The notes beneath the pieces are model-generated. The model saw only the letters and a list, made by a program, of their open reading frames with translations. It was not told the DNA's origin and did not search any database. A stretch of 64,000 nucleotides of DNA from an uncultured Alistipes sp. GTDB lineage: Bacteria; Bacteroidota; Bacteroidia; Bacteroidales; Rikenellaceae. This document shows, one piece after another, positions 21,094-30,669 of this stretch; position 1 is the stretch's first letter; each line of letters begins with the position of its first letter. The DNA lies in assembly GCA_910583985.1 (NCBI GenBank), contig CAJTYA010000013.1, positions 6,655 through 70,654 of the forward strand, read 5' to 3'. Both the position numbers and the translations under genes were made by a program.

Positions 21094-21846
21094 TCAGAAC
21101 GAGCAACCTACGCGGAACAGGATCGCATTCGTCCCCTCTCCCATGTGCTGGAATCGTATGCCGAAATTCCCTCTCGCTCCTCCTTTCGAACTACCGAAAT
21201 CGACACCCGGTCCGATGCTGGTATAAAACTCGGTTCCTTGGGCCAAACCGCTGACACCGACGGCCGCCCCCAAATCCCATGCGAGATAAATCGAAGCCTT
21301 CGGAGACACCGGACAGTACCCTTTGAAATCGACGAATACCGGCAGCACTCCCATCGTATCTTCTTCCTCATAGTAACCGTCATAGTCATTGAGCAACCCA
21401 TAGAAATAATCGAACCCAAGCCCCAGACCGGTAAACAGATAAGGATTGATCCGCACGCCGTGAACCGTCTCGAAATGGATCCGGTCCGTATTGAGCACCT
21501 TCGACGCATCTCCGACTCCGAGTCCGTAAGCCAAAGCGACTTCGCCCTGATATTTCGGAAACGTTTCATCCGCAGCGATCCGTGCATGTCCCGACTGCGA
21601 ACGTGCCGAATAGCCGGTCATCTTGTCCGTCTGGCCGTTTTCATACTTGATAATGAAAACTTCGCCCACCGGAATCGTGTAGGTCGGACCGTCCGGATTG
21701 TCCCATTTTTTGTATTCGACCTCCGAGCCGCCCACTTTCATTACTTTTGCCTCTATTTCACCGGCATCTCTCTTCAAGATAATGTCTTGTGCCGAAACCG
21801 TTCCGAAAAACAACATGCAAGAGAGCATCGAGAAAATTTTTTTCAT
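21094..21846 (-). CDS. Outer-membrane beta-barrel-like protein with small N-terminal periplasmic domain
   Basis: Signal peptide (VSA/QD); QDIILK..EIEAKV..VEYKK..IKYENG N-domain; amphipathic beta strands (VHGVRINPYLFTGLGLG); C-terminal Phe. Confidence 0.75.
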   Translation of the reverse strand: MKKIFSMLSCMLFFGTVSAQDIILKRDAGEIEAKVMKVGGSEVEYKKWDNPDGPTYTIPVGEVFIIKYENGQTDKMTGYSARSQSGHARIAADETFPKYQGEVALAYGLGVGDASKVLNTDRIHFETVHGVRINPYLFTGLGLGFDYFYGLLNDYDGYYEEEDTMGVLPVFVDFKGYCPVSPKASIYLAWDLGAAVGVSGLAQGTEFYTSIGPGVDFGSSKGGARGNFGIRFQHMGEGTNAILFRVGCSF

Positions 21847-21891
21847 GTCTTTTTTAAGTTTAAGGATTAGATAAACTGCTTTAATCCATAC

Positions 21892-22056
21892 AAAAAAACG
21901 CAGGCTGAACTTTTATTTGCCTTTCGAGGTTCTGGAATACCTATGCTGCCAAATAAAGAGTAAAGCCCGCGTGACACGCGAGCGTTTACGCTTCACTCTT
22001 GGCAGCTTAAGAAATGTTCCAGATTTCGAAAAGCAAGAAATAAAGCTAACGCTTTC
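21892..22056 (-). ncRNA. Candidate structured 5' leader RNA (long imperfect hairpin), copy L1
   Basis: Minus-strand nested stems AAAGCGT/GCGTTTT, TTGCTTTTCGA/TCGAAAGGCAA, TCTGGAA/TTCCAGA, GCTGCCAA/TTGGCAGC, GAGTGAAGC/GCTTTACTC; homologous to 39067..39235. Confidence 0.7.
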
Positions 22057-22166
22057 TTATATGTAAGTGCCGGCACCTTTTACGCAAGGAGCGACACAAA
22101 TAAAATCAACTGTTAGAATTCCGTCATTTCTCCATAGGCAAACTCGGTTTAAGATTATTACAGGGA

Positions 22167-22415
22167 CAAATATACGAAGTATATTCGATGAAAAGAACAG
22201 CCGGCATCGGGTGAAAGCCCGGTACGCGACTCTTTGAGTCAAATATACTCCGATATATTCGGCGAGAAGAACAGCGAACATCGGGCAAAGCCCGGTGCGC
22301 GGCGGCAAAGCCGGTTATTCGAAACCAATATAGCGATTATACCCGACGAGAAAAAACGGCGGATGCCGGCCGCAAATCCGGATCGCGACGGCGACGGCGG
22401 CCCCGGTTCTCGAAT
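22167..22415 (+). repeat. Tandem array A: three ~73-91 bp promoter/hairpin repeat units
   Basis: Units start at 22167, 22240 and 22325 (third degenerate): CAAATATA..TATATTCG..GARAAGAACAGC..ATCGGGY(G)AAAGCCCGGT.CGCG..; homologous to arrays at 38.9 and 60.1 kb. Confidence 0.85.
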
Positions 22416-22447
22416 CGAATATTCGGAGACAGCCCCCAAAGAGCCAA

Positions 22448-22477
22448 CGGAGCGCATTCTTCGAAGAATGCGCTCCG
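22448..22477 (-). terminator. 30-bp perfect palindrome downstream of the GH78 gene
   Basis: CGGAGCGCATTCTTCGAAGAATGCGCTCCG, 27 nt past the stop at 22505. Confidence 0.6.
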
Positions 22478-22504
22478 CTCTCTATCTGTTTCCTGTCTAC
22501 CGGT

Positions 22505-25240
22505 CTATCCGACCCGGAACGTATAACGTCCCGCCGCCACCGAGAAGCGGGCGTAACCGTCCTCGGTCGATTCGAAGGTCACGAATCCCTTTTTCAGGTC
22601 GGAGGCATCCGTTCCGGCCGATGCGGCGTCCGTCGCACCCGGCACGTACACCGTCGCCGTAGAACCGACGGGCACCTCGACCGTCATCGTGAAGCGGCCG
22701 TTCTCCCGGCGCCAGTCGACCGACGCATTGCCGTAAGGCGTCCGCTTGCCGTAGCGGGCATAGGTCAGGTCGCCGGCAGGCTGCGGACGGAACACGATGT
22801 GGCGGTATCCCGGCTGCGAGGCATCGGCGCTCATGCCCGCCAGTTTGCGGTAGAACCACGTGAGCCCGCCGCCGAACATCGGGTGGTTGCGCGAATTGCC
22901 CCCGTCCCACTGTTCCCACGTGGTCGTGGCGCCCTGTTCGATCCAGAGCCCGAAGCTCGGATAGTCGCGCTTGTTCATCGCCTCGAACGCCAGTTCGTTC
23001 AGGCCGTTTTCGGCCAGCACCTCGAAGAAGAACTGCGTACCGAAAATCCCCGTGTCCAAGTGTCCGCCGTTGTTGCGTATATCCTGCGCCAGAGCGGCCA
23101 CCACCCGGTCGCGGTACGTTTCGGGCACGCCGATCCGCAGAGCGAAAACATTTCCGCCGTAGGGGCCGTAACTTCCCTTTTCGGGATCGTAGAAACGCTT
23201 GTGGAACGCCTCGGCCGTGCGCTGCGCCAACCGGGCGTACCGCCGGGCATCGTCGTCGTGTCCGAGCACTTCGGCTGCACGAGCCGTGAAATCGGCGCAA
23301 CGCCACCGGTAGAACGTATGGACCATCGCGGCGGCCGGAAATTCGAAGGCCGGACACCAGTCGCCGAGGTTCATCCACTGATGGGGAGTCTCCATCAGCA
23401 TGATGCCGTCGGCATCCACCCATCCGTCCATGAAGCGCAACTGTTCCTTCATCGCCTCGTAGTTCGACTCCAGCATGTCGCGGTCGCCGTAATGCACGTA
23501 AAATTCCCAAGGCATGATGTTCATCGCCGCCCCGTAGGCCACGCCGCCCCCGCATCCGGGTTGCCACGGCGCCGCATTGGGCACATAGCCGGTCTCAACG
23601 TTCTGGGCACCCCAGATGTCGCGGATCCATTTGGTATAGAACGACGCCACGTCGAAGTTGTGGATCACCGTCACGAAAGCGGCCTGACCGTCGCCCGTAT
23701 AGGCCGAACGCTCGCGATGGGGGCAATCGCTGGCGATACATCCGTGCATGTTGTCCGTCTGGCTGCGCCGCCAAATCCGGTTGATCGTGTTGAACAGTTC
23801 GTTCGAACACTCGAAATAGGAGTCCGCCTCCGTCTCGGTATACACCGCTTCGGCCCGGAGCTGTTCGGGCCGGAGTTCGCCGGGCCAGCCCCTCAGCTCG
23901 ATCTCGCGGAAAACGTACCAGGAGAAATGCGTATGATAGGACTCCTCGCCTTCGCCTTTCATCGTATAGCTGTTGGAGCCGTTGGGCGACTCGCTGATGT
24001 AACGGATGTCGATCCTCCGTCCGGCTTCGCCGCGAAGACCGTGCAGATGGAGCCACCCCGAAATTTCCTGTCCGAAATCGACCTTGTAATGTCCTTCGCC
24101 GAGCTTTTCGATGGCGACCGGTTCGAGCACTTCCATCACCTTGTCCGAAGGCGAGCTCTGGGCGACGAGCCGTCCGAGCGGAGCATTGCGCAGAGCGACG
24201 TTCTGCCATGCCGAATCGTCGAAGCCCGGAGCGTTCCATCCGGCAATCTCGCGACGCGCATCGTAATGTTCGCCCGAATACAGCATGTCGACGATGGGAC
24301 CCTGCGCCGCCTTCCACGTCTCGTCGCTGGGCACGATCTGCTGCGTACCGTCTTCGTACACGATGTGGAGCTGTCCGAAGAAGCGCGGCGACCGGTAGGG
24401 TTTCACCCAGTGGATCTTCGCGTTGTAGAAACCATTCCCCAGCACGGTCCCGATCACGTTCTCGCCCTGTTGCAGCATATCCGTCACGTCGTAGCCGAGG
24501 TACATCACCCGATACTCGCGGAACTTGTCGTCGACCGGAATCACCCCGCTATTGAGCCCTTCGCGCTTATCGTAGTTCGTCTGGTTGGGCACCAGCACGT
24601 CGTCGCTCACCTTGCGACCGTTCAGGTAGAGCTCGAAATAGCCGAGCCCCGTCCCGAAAAAGCGCGCCGAAGCCACTTTCTTACCTACGGCGAACGATTT
24701 GCGCATCATCGGCGCAGGGGGCGGCACCTCGCCTCCGGCATCCACGAGCGACTCCTCGCCCTGCCAAGGCGCACCGATCCAGCGGCATCGCCATTCGGAG
24801 GGATCGAGCACGCCCATCGTCCAACGGGCCGGCTCGCTCCACGCCGAGGCCTTGCCCTCTCCGTCCCAGACGCGCACCTGCCACCAGTAGGTCCGGCACG
24901 AGCGAAGCGGCTCGCCCCCGTATTTCACCAGCGTGGACTGTCCGCCTTTCACCTTTTTGCTGTCCCACGCATCGGCCTTGCCGGAGAGCAGGTTTTCTTT
25001 CGAGGTAGCCACCCGGATCTGCCATGCGCTCTGTGCGGCGCCCTTCGCGCCTTCGGGCGCCCGGTTGATCCACGAGAGCCGGGGCTGGGCCATGTCCACG
25101 ACCGGAGCCATACGGTACTCGCAGGTCAATCTTTCCGGAACGATCCCGGCAACTTTCTTTCCGGCCGTCGCCGAACCGTGGACCGCCAGCCATGCGCCCA
25201 AGGAAAGCAGCAAAATCTTCACATTCGTTTTCTTCATCAT
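22505..25240 (-). CDS. GH78 family glycoside hydrolase (alpha-L-rhamnosidase-like)
   Basis: GLGYFELYLNG, VDFGQEISGW, SDCPHRERSAYTGD, LGDWC, GATTTWEQW, SRNHPMFG, TPYG; signal peptide. Confidence 0.92.
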   Translation of the reverse strand: MMKKTNVKILLLSLGAWLAVHGSATAGKKVAGIVPERLTCEYRMAPVVDMAQPRLSWINRAPEGAKGAAQSAWQIRVATSKENLLSGKADAWDSKKVKGGQSTLVKYGGEPLRSCRTYWWQVRVWDGEGKASAWSEPARWTMGVLDPSEWRCRWIGAPWQGEESLVDAGGEVPPPAPMMRKSFAVGKKVASARFFGTGLGYFELYLNGRKVSDDVLVPNQTNYDKREGLNSGVIPVDDKFREYRVMYLGYDVTDMLQQGENVIGTVLGNGFYNAKIHWVKPYRSPRFFGQLHIVYEDGTQQIVPSDETWKAAQGPIVDMLYSGEHYDARREIAGWNAPGFDDSAWQNVALRNAPLGRLVAQSSPSDKVMEVLEPVAIEKLGEGHYKVDFGQEISGWLHLHGLRGEAGRRIDIRYISESPNGSNSYTMKGEGEESYHTHFSWYVFREIELRGWPGELRPEQLRAEAVYTETEADSYFECSNELFNTINRIWRRSQTDNMHGCIASDCPHRERSAYTGDGQAAFVTVIHNFDVASFYTKWIRDIWGAQNVETGYVPNAAPWQPGCGGGVAYGAAMNIMPWEFYVHYGDRDMLESNYEAMKEQLRFMDGWVDADGIMLMETPHQWMNLGDWCPAFEFPAAAMVHTFYRWRCADFTARAAEVLGHDDDARRYARLAQRTAEAFHKRFYDPEKGSYGPYGGNVFALRIGVPETYRDRVVAALAQDIRNNGGHLDTGIFGTQFFFEVLAENGLNELAFEAMNKRDYPSFGLWIEQGATTTWEQWDGGNSRNHPMFGGGLTWFYRKLAGMSADASQPGYRHIVFRPQPAGDLTYARYGKRTPYGNASVDWRRENGRFTMTVEVPVGSTATVYVPGATDAASAGTDASDLKKGFVTFESTEDGYARFSVAAGRYTFRVG

Positions 25241-25602
25241 ATCCAGTAAGTTAAGTTATAGTTCCATTCCCGTTCCGCCGCAGCGGACGCCCGTTTCTAC
25301 AAAATTAACATTTTCAACCATTCGAGCCAACACGACGGGCCGATAAAACCGCCCCGCGCATCCGCCGGACGGAGAAAACGGTCGAAACGGAAGGAATCCC
25401 TCTACCGCGCAACGGATTCCGGGAAGTACGGGACCGCCTCCGAGTTCCGCCGCACTCGAATCATCCCGTAGCCGGAAATTTCCCGAACCTCGCGAACCGA
25501 TAACCGAAGAGGATGCCCGGCCCAAGCCGGACATCCTCCATATCTTAACGTCGTATCGAATCCCGCCGCCGGTCGATCCGGGCGGTCCGTCCCGTCCGAC
25601 CG

Positions 25603-26352
25603 CTACCACTCTTTTCCGGCCGGGTCCGGAGCACCGGGCAATCCGTCGTCGAAATGCACCGAAGCATGCGCGCCGTCGCAGAAGGGTTTGTTGGACGAGC
25701 GGCCGCAGCGGCAGAGCGTCACCCGATTGCGCACCTCGTAGGTGAAACCGTCGTCCCGGCTCACGGGAATCCCGCCCCGTACCCAGAGCGGACCGCTGCA
25801 TGCCTGCTGCGGGTCTTCGATCAGGCCGAGCGACGGTTCGAACTCCGGCTCGTGCGGCACCCCGTCCTTCCATGCCGAAAGACGTCCCGCAGGACAGCGG
25901 TCGGCCTCGCGGACCGTCAGATCGCGGGCCCGGTCGCCCGGCCGGTCCACCAGATTCCACACCTGTCCCTTGGCATCGCACATCCGGGCGAAAGCGCAAT
26001 AGGTCGGATTGTCAGTCAGCGCGACCTCCGGTCCCTCGAACCGGTCGGCCCCGTCCAGCAAGGGTTCCTCCGAGGCCGTCAGCGAAGGGTCCCAGTCCGC
26101 GCTCAGGTGCGCACCATCGCAATAGGGCTTGTTCGCCGACGCACCGCAGCGGCACAGCGCCACGGGTTCGGCCGCCGTCGAATAGCGGAGTCCTTCCTTG
26201 TAATACCAAATTTCCCCGTTGCGGTCCGGCATCAGAAACTGCTGCACCAAGGGCGGATGACCGAAAACGAGATAAGGTCCGTCCCGCAGGACGGTGATGC
26301 GGAACCCTTCGGGCGCGGTCCGGCTACCCAGCTGAACGTTCGGATTTTTCAT
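25603..26352 (-). CDS. CDGSH iron-sulfur domain protein (two CDGSH motifs flanking a divergent 4Fe-4S domain)
   Basis: LCRCGASANKPYCDGAH and LCRCGRSSNKPFCDGAH; central CAFARMC...CPAGRL. Confidence 0.9.
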   Translation of the reverse strand: MKNPNVQLGSRTAPEGFRITVLRDGPYLVFGHPPLVQQFLMPDRNGEIWYYKEGLRYSTAAEPVALCRCGASANKPYCDGAHLSADWDPSLTASEEPLLDGADRFEGPEVALTDNPTYCAFARMCDAKGQVWNLVDRPGDRARDLTVREADRCPAGRLSAWKDGVPHEPEFEPSLGLIEDPQQACSGPLWVRGGIPVSRDDGFTYEVRNRVTLCRCGRSSNKPFCDGAHASVHFDDGLPGAPDPAGKEW

Positions 26353-26403
26353 GGCAGAGAGGTTTTAGGCCGTACGACGGCGACGCCCTTTCCTCCGCAA
26401 GAA

Positions 26404-27771
26404 CTATACCTTCCGGACCGTGCGGCCGTAGAGAATCTTTTTTTCCCGAAGCAGGAAACAGAGCCCGATGATCGCCGCCAGCGAATCGGAAAACGGCATA
26501 CTGAGCCAGATGCCCTCCAGACCGAACCGGCTCGCGAACAGATAAAGGGCCGGAATGAGAAAAATCACCTGCCGCGAGAGCCCCATGAAGATCGCCTTGT
26601 AGGCCTTGCCGATCGACTGGAAAAAGGTGGAAACCACGATCTGGAACCCCACCACGGGCCACATCATATAGGCCAGACGCATCCCCTGCCGGGCCATCTC
26701 GGCCAGATCGGGGTCGGACGTGAAGGCCCGGACCATGACGCCCGGAAACGTCTCGCAACAGACGAAGCCGACCGTTACGGCTATCGTGGCCACCCGAATC
26801 GTCAGCAGCAGCACGTCTTTGACCCGTTTGTATTTCCGGGCCCCGTAGTTGTACCCGACGATGGGCTGCATGGCCTGACAGATGCCCATGACGACCATGA
26901 TGACCAGAATGGCATAGCTGTTCACGATACCGAACGCCCCGATGGCCAGATCGCCGCCGTTTTCGACGAGCCGGTTATTCATGATGATATTCACGACGCT
27001 GGCCGCCGTATTCATCAGAAAAGGCGCCATACCGATGGAAACGATGTTGCGGATGATGCGCGGCCGCAAACCCCAACTGTCGCGGCGGAAATGCACCTGA
27101 TGACGGGAATCGAAAAAATGCCCCAGCACGAACATCGCGCTGAGCGACATCGACAGCACCGTCGCCACGGCCGCCCCGCGGATGCCCATCCCGAATCCGA
27201 ATATGAAAATCGGATCGAACACCACGTTCGCGCCCACGCCGATGAGTACCGTATACATCGACTTGCGCGGATAGCCCGACGCCCGCATGATGCCGCTGAA
27301 ACTGTAACTCAGGTTGGAGAGGATGCTTCCCGGAATCACGATCCGCAAGTATTCCCTCGCATAGGGAATCGTCCGGTCGCTTCCGCCGAACCAGACGAGC
27401 ACGTCGTCGAGAAAAAGCATGGAGAGCGTGACGAGCACCCCCGAAAACAGGAACGTCAGCACGAACGCATTGCCGAGGATGTTCCGGGCCCAACGCAAAT
27501 CCTTCATGCCCAGCACGATCGAAATGCGGGAAGAGGCGCCCACACCCACCAGCGTGCCGATGGCCGTCACGAGCGTCATCAACGGGAAGGTCAGCGCCAG
27601 CCCGGAAATGGCCAACGGCCCCACGCCCTGACCGATGAAGATCCTGTCGACGATGTTGTACATCGACATCATGACCATCCCGATCACGGCAGGGATCGAA
27701 TAGTCGAGCAGCAAACGCCCCACCTTTTCCGTCTCCAGTCTTTCCGTCGCTTCGTCCAGTCGCTCCGCCAT
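26404..27771 (-). CDS. MATE family efflux transporter (MepA-like)
   Basis: YNIVDRIFIG, NVVFDPIFIFGFGMGIRGAAVAT, QPIVGYNYGA; many TM segments; start MAERLDE. Confidence 0.93.
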   Translation of the reverse strand: MAERLDEATERLETEKVGRLLLDYSIPAVIGMVMMSMYNIVDRIFIGQGVGPLAISGLALTFPLMTLVTAIGTLVGVGASSRISIVLGMKDLRWARNILGNAFVLTFLFSGVLVTLSMLFLDDVLVWFGGSDRTIPYAREYLRIVIPGSILSNLSYSFSGIMRASGYPRKSMYTVLIGVGANVVFDPIFIFGFGMGIRGAAVATVLSMSLSAMFVLGHFFDSRHQVHFRRDSWGLRPRIIRNIVSIGMAPFLMNTAASVVNIIMNNRLVENGGDLAIGAFGIVNSYAILVIMVVMGICQAMQPIVGYNYGARKYKRVKDVLLLTIRVATIAVTVGFVCCETFPGVMVRAFTSDPDLAEMARQGMRLAYMMWPVVGFQIVVSTFFQSIGKAYKAIFMGLSRQVIFLIPALYLFASRFGLEGIWLSMPFSDSLAAIIGLCFLLREKKILYGRTVRKV

Positions 27772-28426
27772 ATTCTCTCGCTTCGATGTACAAAAGCCGG
27801 ACCCGAAAACCGGTCCGGTTCCAAAGATTCGGCAAAGGTACCAAAACGACGCGAAAAATCGCAGCCGCACAGCTTATTTCTCTTCGCCCGACCGCCCCGG
27901 ACCCTCGTCACCCCGATGCGCTCGGCCCGTCTCGCGACCGGTCATCCTCCGCGGCTTCTTCTTCGCACGAACCGAACGACCAACATGATAACGAACAAAG
28001 TAATCATCTCCTTCACACCCTTTTACGGCGAAAATCTCTCTTTCCCGTTTCCGTCCGACGGAGCCTGCTCCTCTTTTCTCCCGTCGCTCCGCCCGGCCGC
28101 GCCGGCGAATGCGGAAAGAGCAGGAACGAAAGGCTCCGTCCGACAAACGGAGAACGACCGCACCGCAGTATTCGGGAAACGGGGAAACGGATTTTTTCGC
28201 GCCGACGCTCCCGCGACACTGTCCGATACCGGACCCTTTTTCCGAACACGACCGCCCGGCCGAAAGAGAAGCCCCGCCGCCCCGAACGGAAAGAGGGTGT
28301 CCCGACAAGTCGCAGACACCCTCCCGCAAACGCGGTCCGACGCACCGGACGTCCTCCCGTCGAATCGGAACCGCCGGCCCGACCGGCCGGAAGGAAGACA
28401 CCCTGTCCGACACGTCCGACCGCTTC

Positions 28427-28954
28427 CTATCGGTTGAGCCGGATCGTCTCCTGCAAAGTGCCGAAATACGGGCGAATCTTCTTCCACGTCTTTCTTTTAT
28501 CGGAAAAACCCGGACCCGCACCGCTTTTCGAAGAATAGACCCGCAGCACGAACGGCTCGGAGGCACGATACATCTCCGCCCACAGATCGTAGGGAACGAC
28601 GCACCGCAGGCGACTCCGCCACTCCCGTTTCCCGGCCGTGCGATAAATCGGTTCCGCGCCGAACCCGAACGCACCCCGGACGGTTTCGAAACATACCGAA
28701 TCGGCCTCGAAAACCCCGTCGGTCGCCACGGTCATCAACATCGCCACCGAGTCGCGCGCGTCCAGATAGGTGTAATCGTAAGAGAGCGATCCGGAGAACC
28801 CGCCCGGCCCCGCTTCGCAGCAGGCCATTTCGCGAGGAAGGACGAAGTAGAGCGTACCCTCGTCGTGTTTGGCCTGCCGGTAAAAGTTCTTCATGTTCTG
28901 CGCCGAAACCCCGACGCACGACAACAACGAAAAGAGAACGAACAAACGTTTCAT
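28427..28954 (-). CDS. Hypothetical secreted protein
   Basis: MKRLFVLFSLLSCVGVSA/QN signal peptide; GTLYFV, SYDYTYL. Confidence 0.7.
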   Translation of the reverse strand: MKRLFVLFSLLSCVGVSAQNMKNFYRQAKHDEGTLYFVLPREMACCEAGPGGFSGSLSYDYTYLDARDSVAMLMTVATDGVFEADSVCFETVRGAFGFGAEPIYRTAGKREWRSRLRCVVPYDLWAEMYRASEPFVLRVYSSKSGAGPGFSDKRKTWKKIRPYFGTLQETIRLNR

Positions 28955-29012
28955 AGTCGAAAAAGCGGGCACGGAAAATCCCATGCCCGCCTCTTGGAAT
29001 GAAAAAGACCCG

Positions 29013-29339
29013 CTATTCGCCGTACACGACAGTCGTCGTGGAAGATACGATTCCGAGAATGCTCTTCTTCTGGCTGTCCACATGGCTGATCTTGGTGATA
29101 CCGGCCGATTTAGCAGCCGCTTCGATCGACGCGTCGCCCACAGCGATGATGCCGACATACGCACTGGCCTTGGAAGTACCGACCTTCGAACCGCGGGAAT
29201 TGGACGTCACGCCTTCGCCCTGCTTCACGTTCGTGTAAATACCGCCCATTCCGGCCTGCGTCACCATACAACTCGACAACCCGGCTACGGCAAACGCCAT
29301 GACGGACCACTTGGCCAACATGCTTTTGAAGTTTTTCAT
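29013..29339 (-). CDS. TRL-like family lipoprotein
   Basis: Lipobox LSSC; GGIYTNV, GDASIEAAAKSAGITKISHVD, SILGI..TTTVVYGE. Confidence 0.85.
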   Translation of the reverse strand: MKNFKSMLAKWSVMAFAVAGLSSCMVTQAGMGGIYTNVKQGEGVTSNSRGSKVGTSKASAYVGIIAVGDASIEAAAKSAGITKISHVDSQKKSILGIVSSTTTVVYGE

Positions 29340-29414
29340 AAATGAAATTTTTTGAGCGCATCCGACAAGGCTCCGACGGATACCGAATAAGAAAGGATTA
29401 GCAACATAAGCAGG

Positions 29415-29606
29415 GAAACGTGAGCCTTATCGGCCGTCCCGACGACACGCGCCGGACCGCTCCGACGACGGATAAACAAAATCGGCTCGCCTCTTCGGGG
29501 GTCAATGATACGAGACGGCATGCTGTCCGTCCCGGAGGAGAACCTTTCTTTTTATTCGTCGAACGAATGGTCCGCTATCCATCGTCATGGAAGAACCGAA
29601 CGCTTC
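29415..29606 (-). ncRNA. Possible diverged long-hairpin leader (L3) upstream of the TRL-like gene
   Basis: Minus strand opens GAAGCGTT and closes CACGTTTC like L1/L2, with nested stems TCGGTT/GGCCGA, GACGAT/GTCGTC, CGGACC/GGTCCG, CGACG/CGTCG, ATAAA/TTTAT. The internal core motif is not conserved. Confidence 0.35.
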
Positions 29607-29984
29607 CCGGTATTTGTCGGCCGCCCCAAAGCGACGCCGGCGATTCGAAAACGGTCCGGGACATTCCGCTGACCGTTCCTCTCCGCCGAAAGACCGTCTT
29701 CTGCCACGGCCGGGGCGATTCTCCGGCCGTTCATACGAGCGGGTCCCCCTGTGCCGTTCCGGCGGCTGCGGCACGCCGGCCGCAGAAAAACCGCACCGCA
29801 CGGGGACGGCCGTTTTTCCCACCGGGCACGCCGAAACGTTCGTTTTCATGCAGGTTTTCTCGCCTCGGCACAGCTCGAACGAGTCCGGTCCCGCACCCGG
29901 CTTATCGGAAACGTTCCCGGAGAGTCCAGTCGGCAAACGGGCCCGAAACCGAAAACCGATCCCGAAGCCGACACGGACGCCGGG

Positions 29985-30380
29985 CTATTTTTTCCCGTAA
30001 AACGCGAACGTGTCGTTACCGGTCGAGAACGTCAGATTCAGGTTGTCGCCGACCACCGCACCGCTGACGGCCTTCGACGTCGAGGTAAGCTCGAACGAAC
30101 TGCCCTTGGCCGTAATGTCCAGTATGACCGACGAAAGGTGCATGTTCAACTCGTCGCAATCCACCACGACAGCTACCGCATCGGCCGACTTCCGCGAAAC
30201 ACCCACATAGGCCCGGTACTGGTCCGTATAACCCATCACGCTCAACGTCCCGCTGTAATCCCCCGCAATCATCGTCGCGGCGTCTTTCGCATCATCGTCT
30301 TTGTCGTCGCTGCAACCCGTCAGGGGCATGCTCATGCACGCCATCGCAATCATCATCGTCAAATACTTCAATACCTTCAT
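29985..30380 (-). CDS. Small beta-rich lipoprotein (calycin-like?)
   Basis: Lipobox LTGC followed by acidic SDDKDDD (surface-export-like signal); IAGDYSGTL...FYGKK. Confidence 0.75.
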   Translation of the reverse strand: MKVLKYLTMMIAMACMSMPLTGCSDDKDDDAKDAATMIAGDYSGTLSVMGYTDQYRAYVGVSRKSADAVAVVVDCDELNMHLSSVILDITAKGSSFELTSTSKAVSGAVVGDNLNLTFSTGNDTFAFYGKK

Positions 30381-30669
30381 CTCTTCTTTTTTTAAGTTCG
30401 TTATTCGTTAACAATCGGTTATCTCGGCTGGGTTCGTTCGCGGTATCGTGCCGCCGCTTCTCCCGCTTCCGAGGGTAGCGTCTCCGTCGGCAGGGGACCG
30501 GTCCGAAGGCCCCGTTTTCCGTCCTCGCACAGCGGGGGCGACGGTCGGCCTTTCGGTTCACAAAAGTAAATTCTGACGGTTTCAATGACTTCGAAAACAA
30601 GTGTATATCGTCCTTTTCACGCAATTTATAAACCGGCGCACACCCGACGGATTCCTGCGACAGACGGAC

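Noticed and set aside
22167..22415. Repeat arrays as a CRISPR array
   Set aside because: Similarity spans the whole unit with no constant-repeat/unique-spacer alternation, there are only 2-3 units per array, and no cas genes are present.
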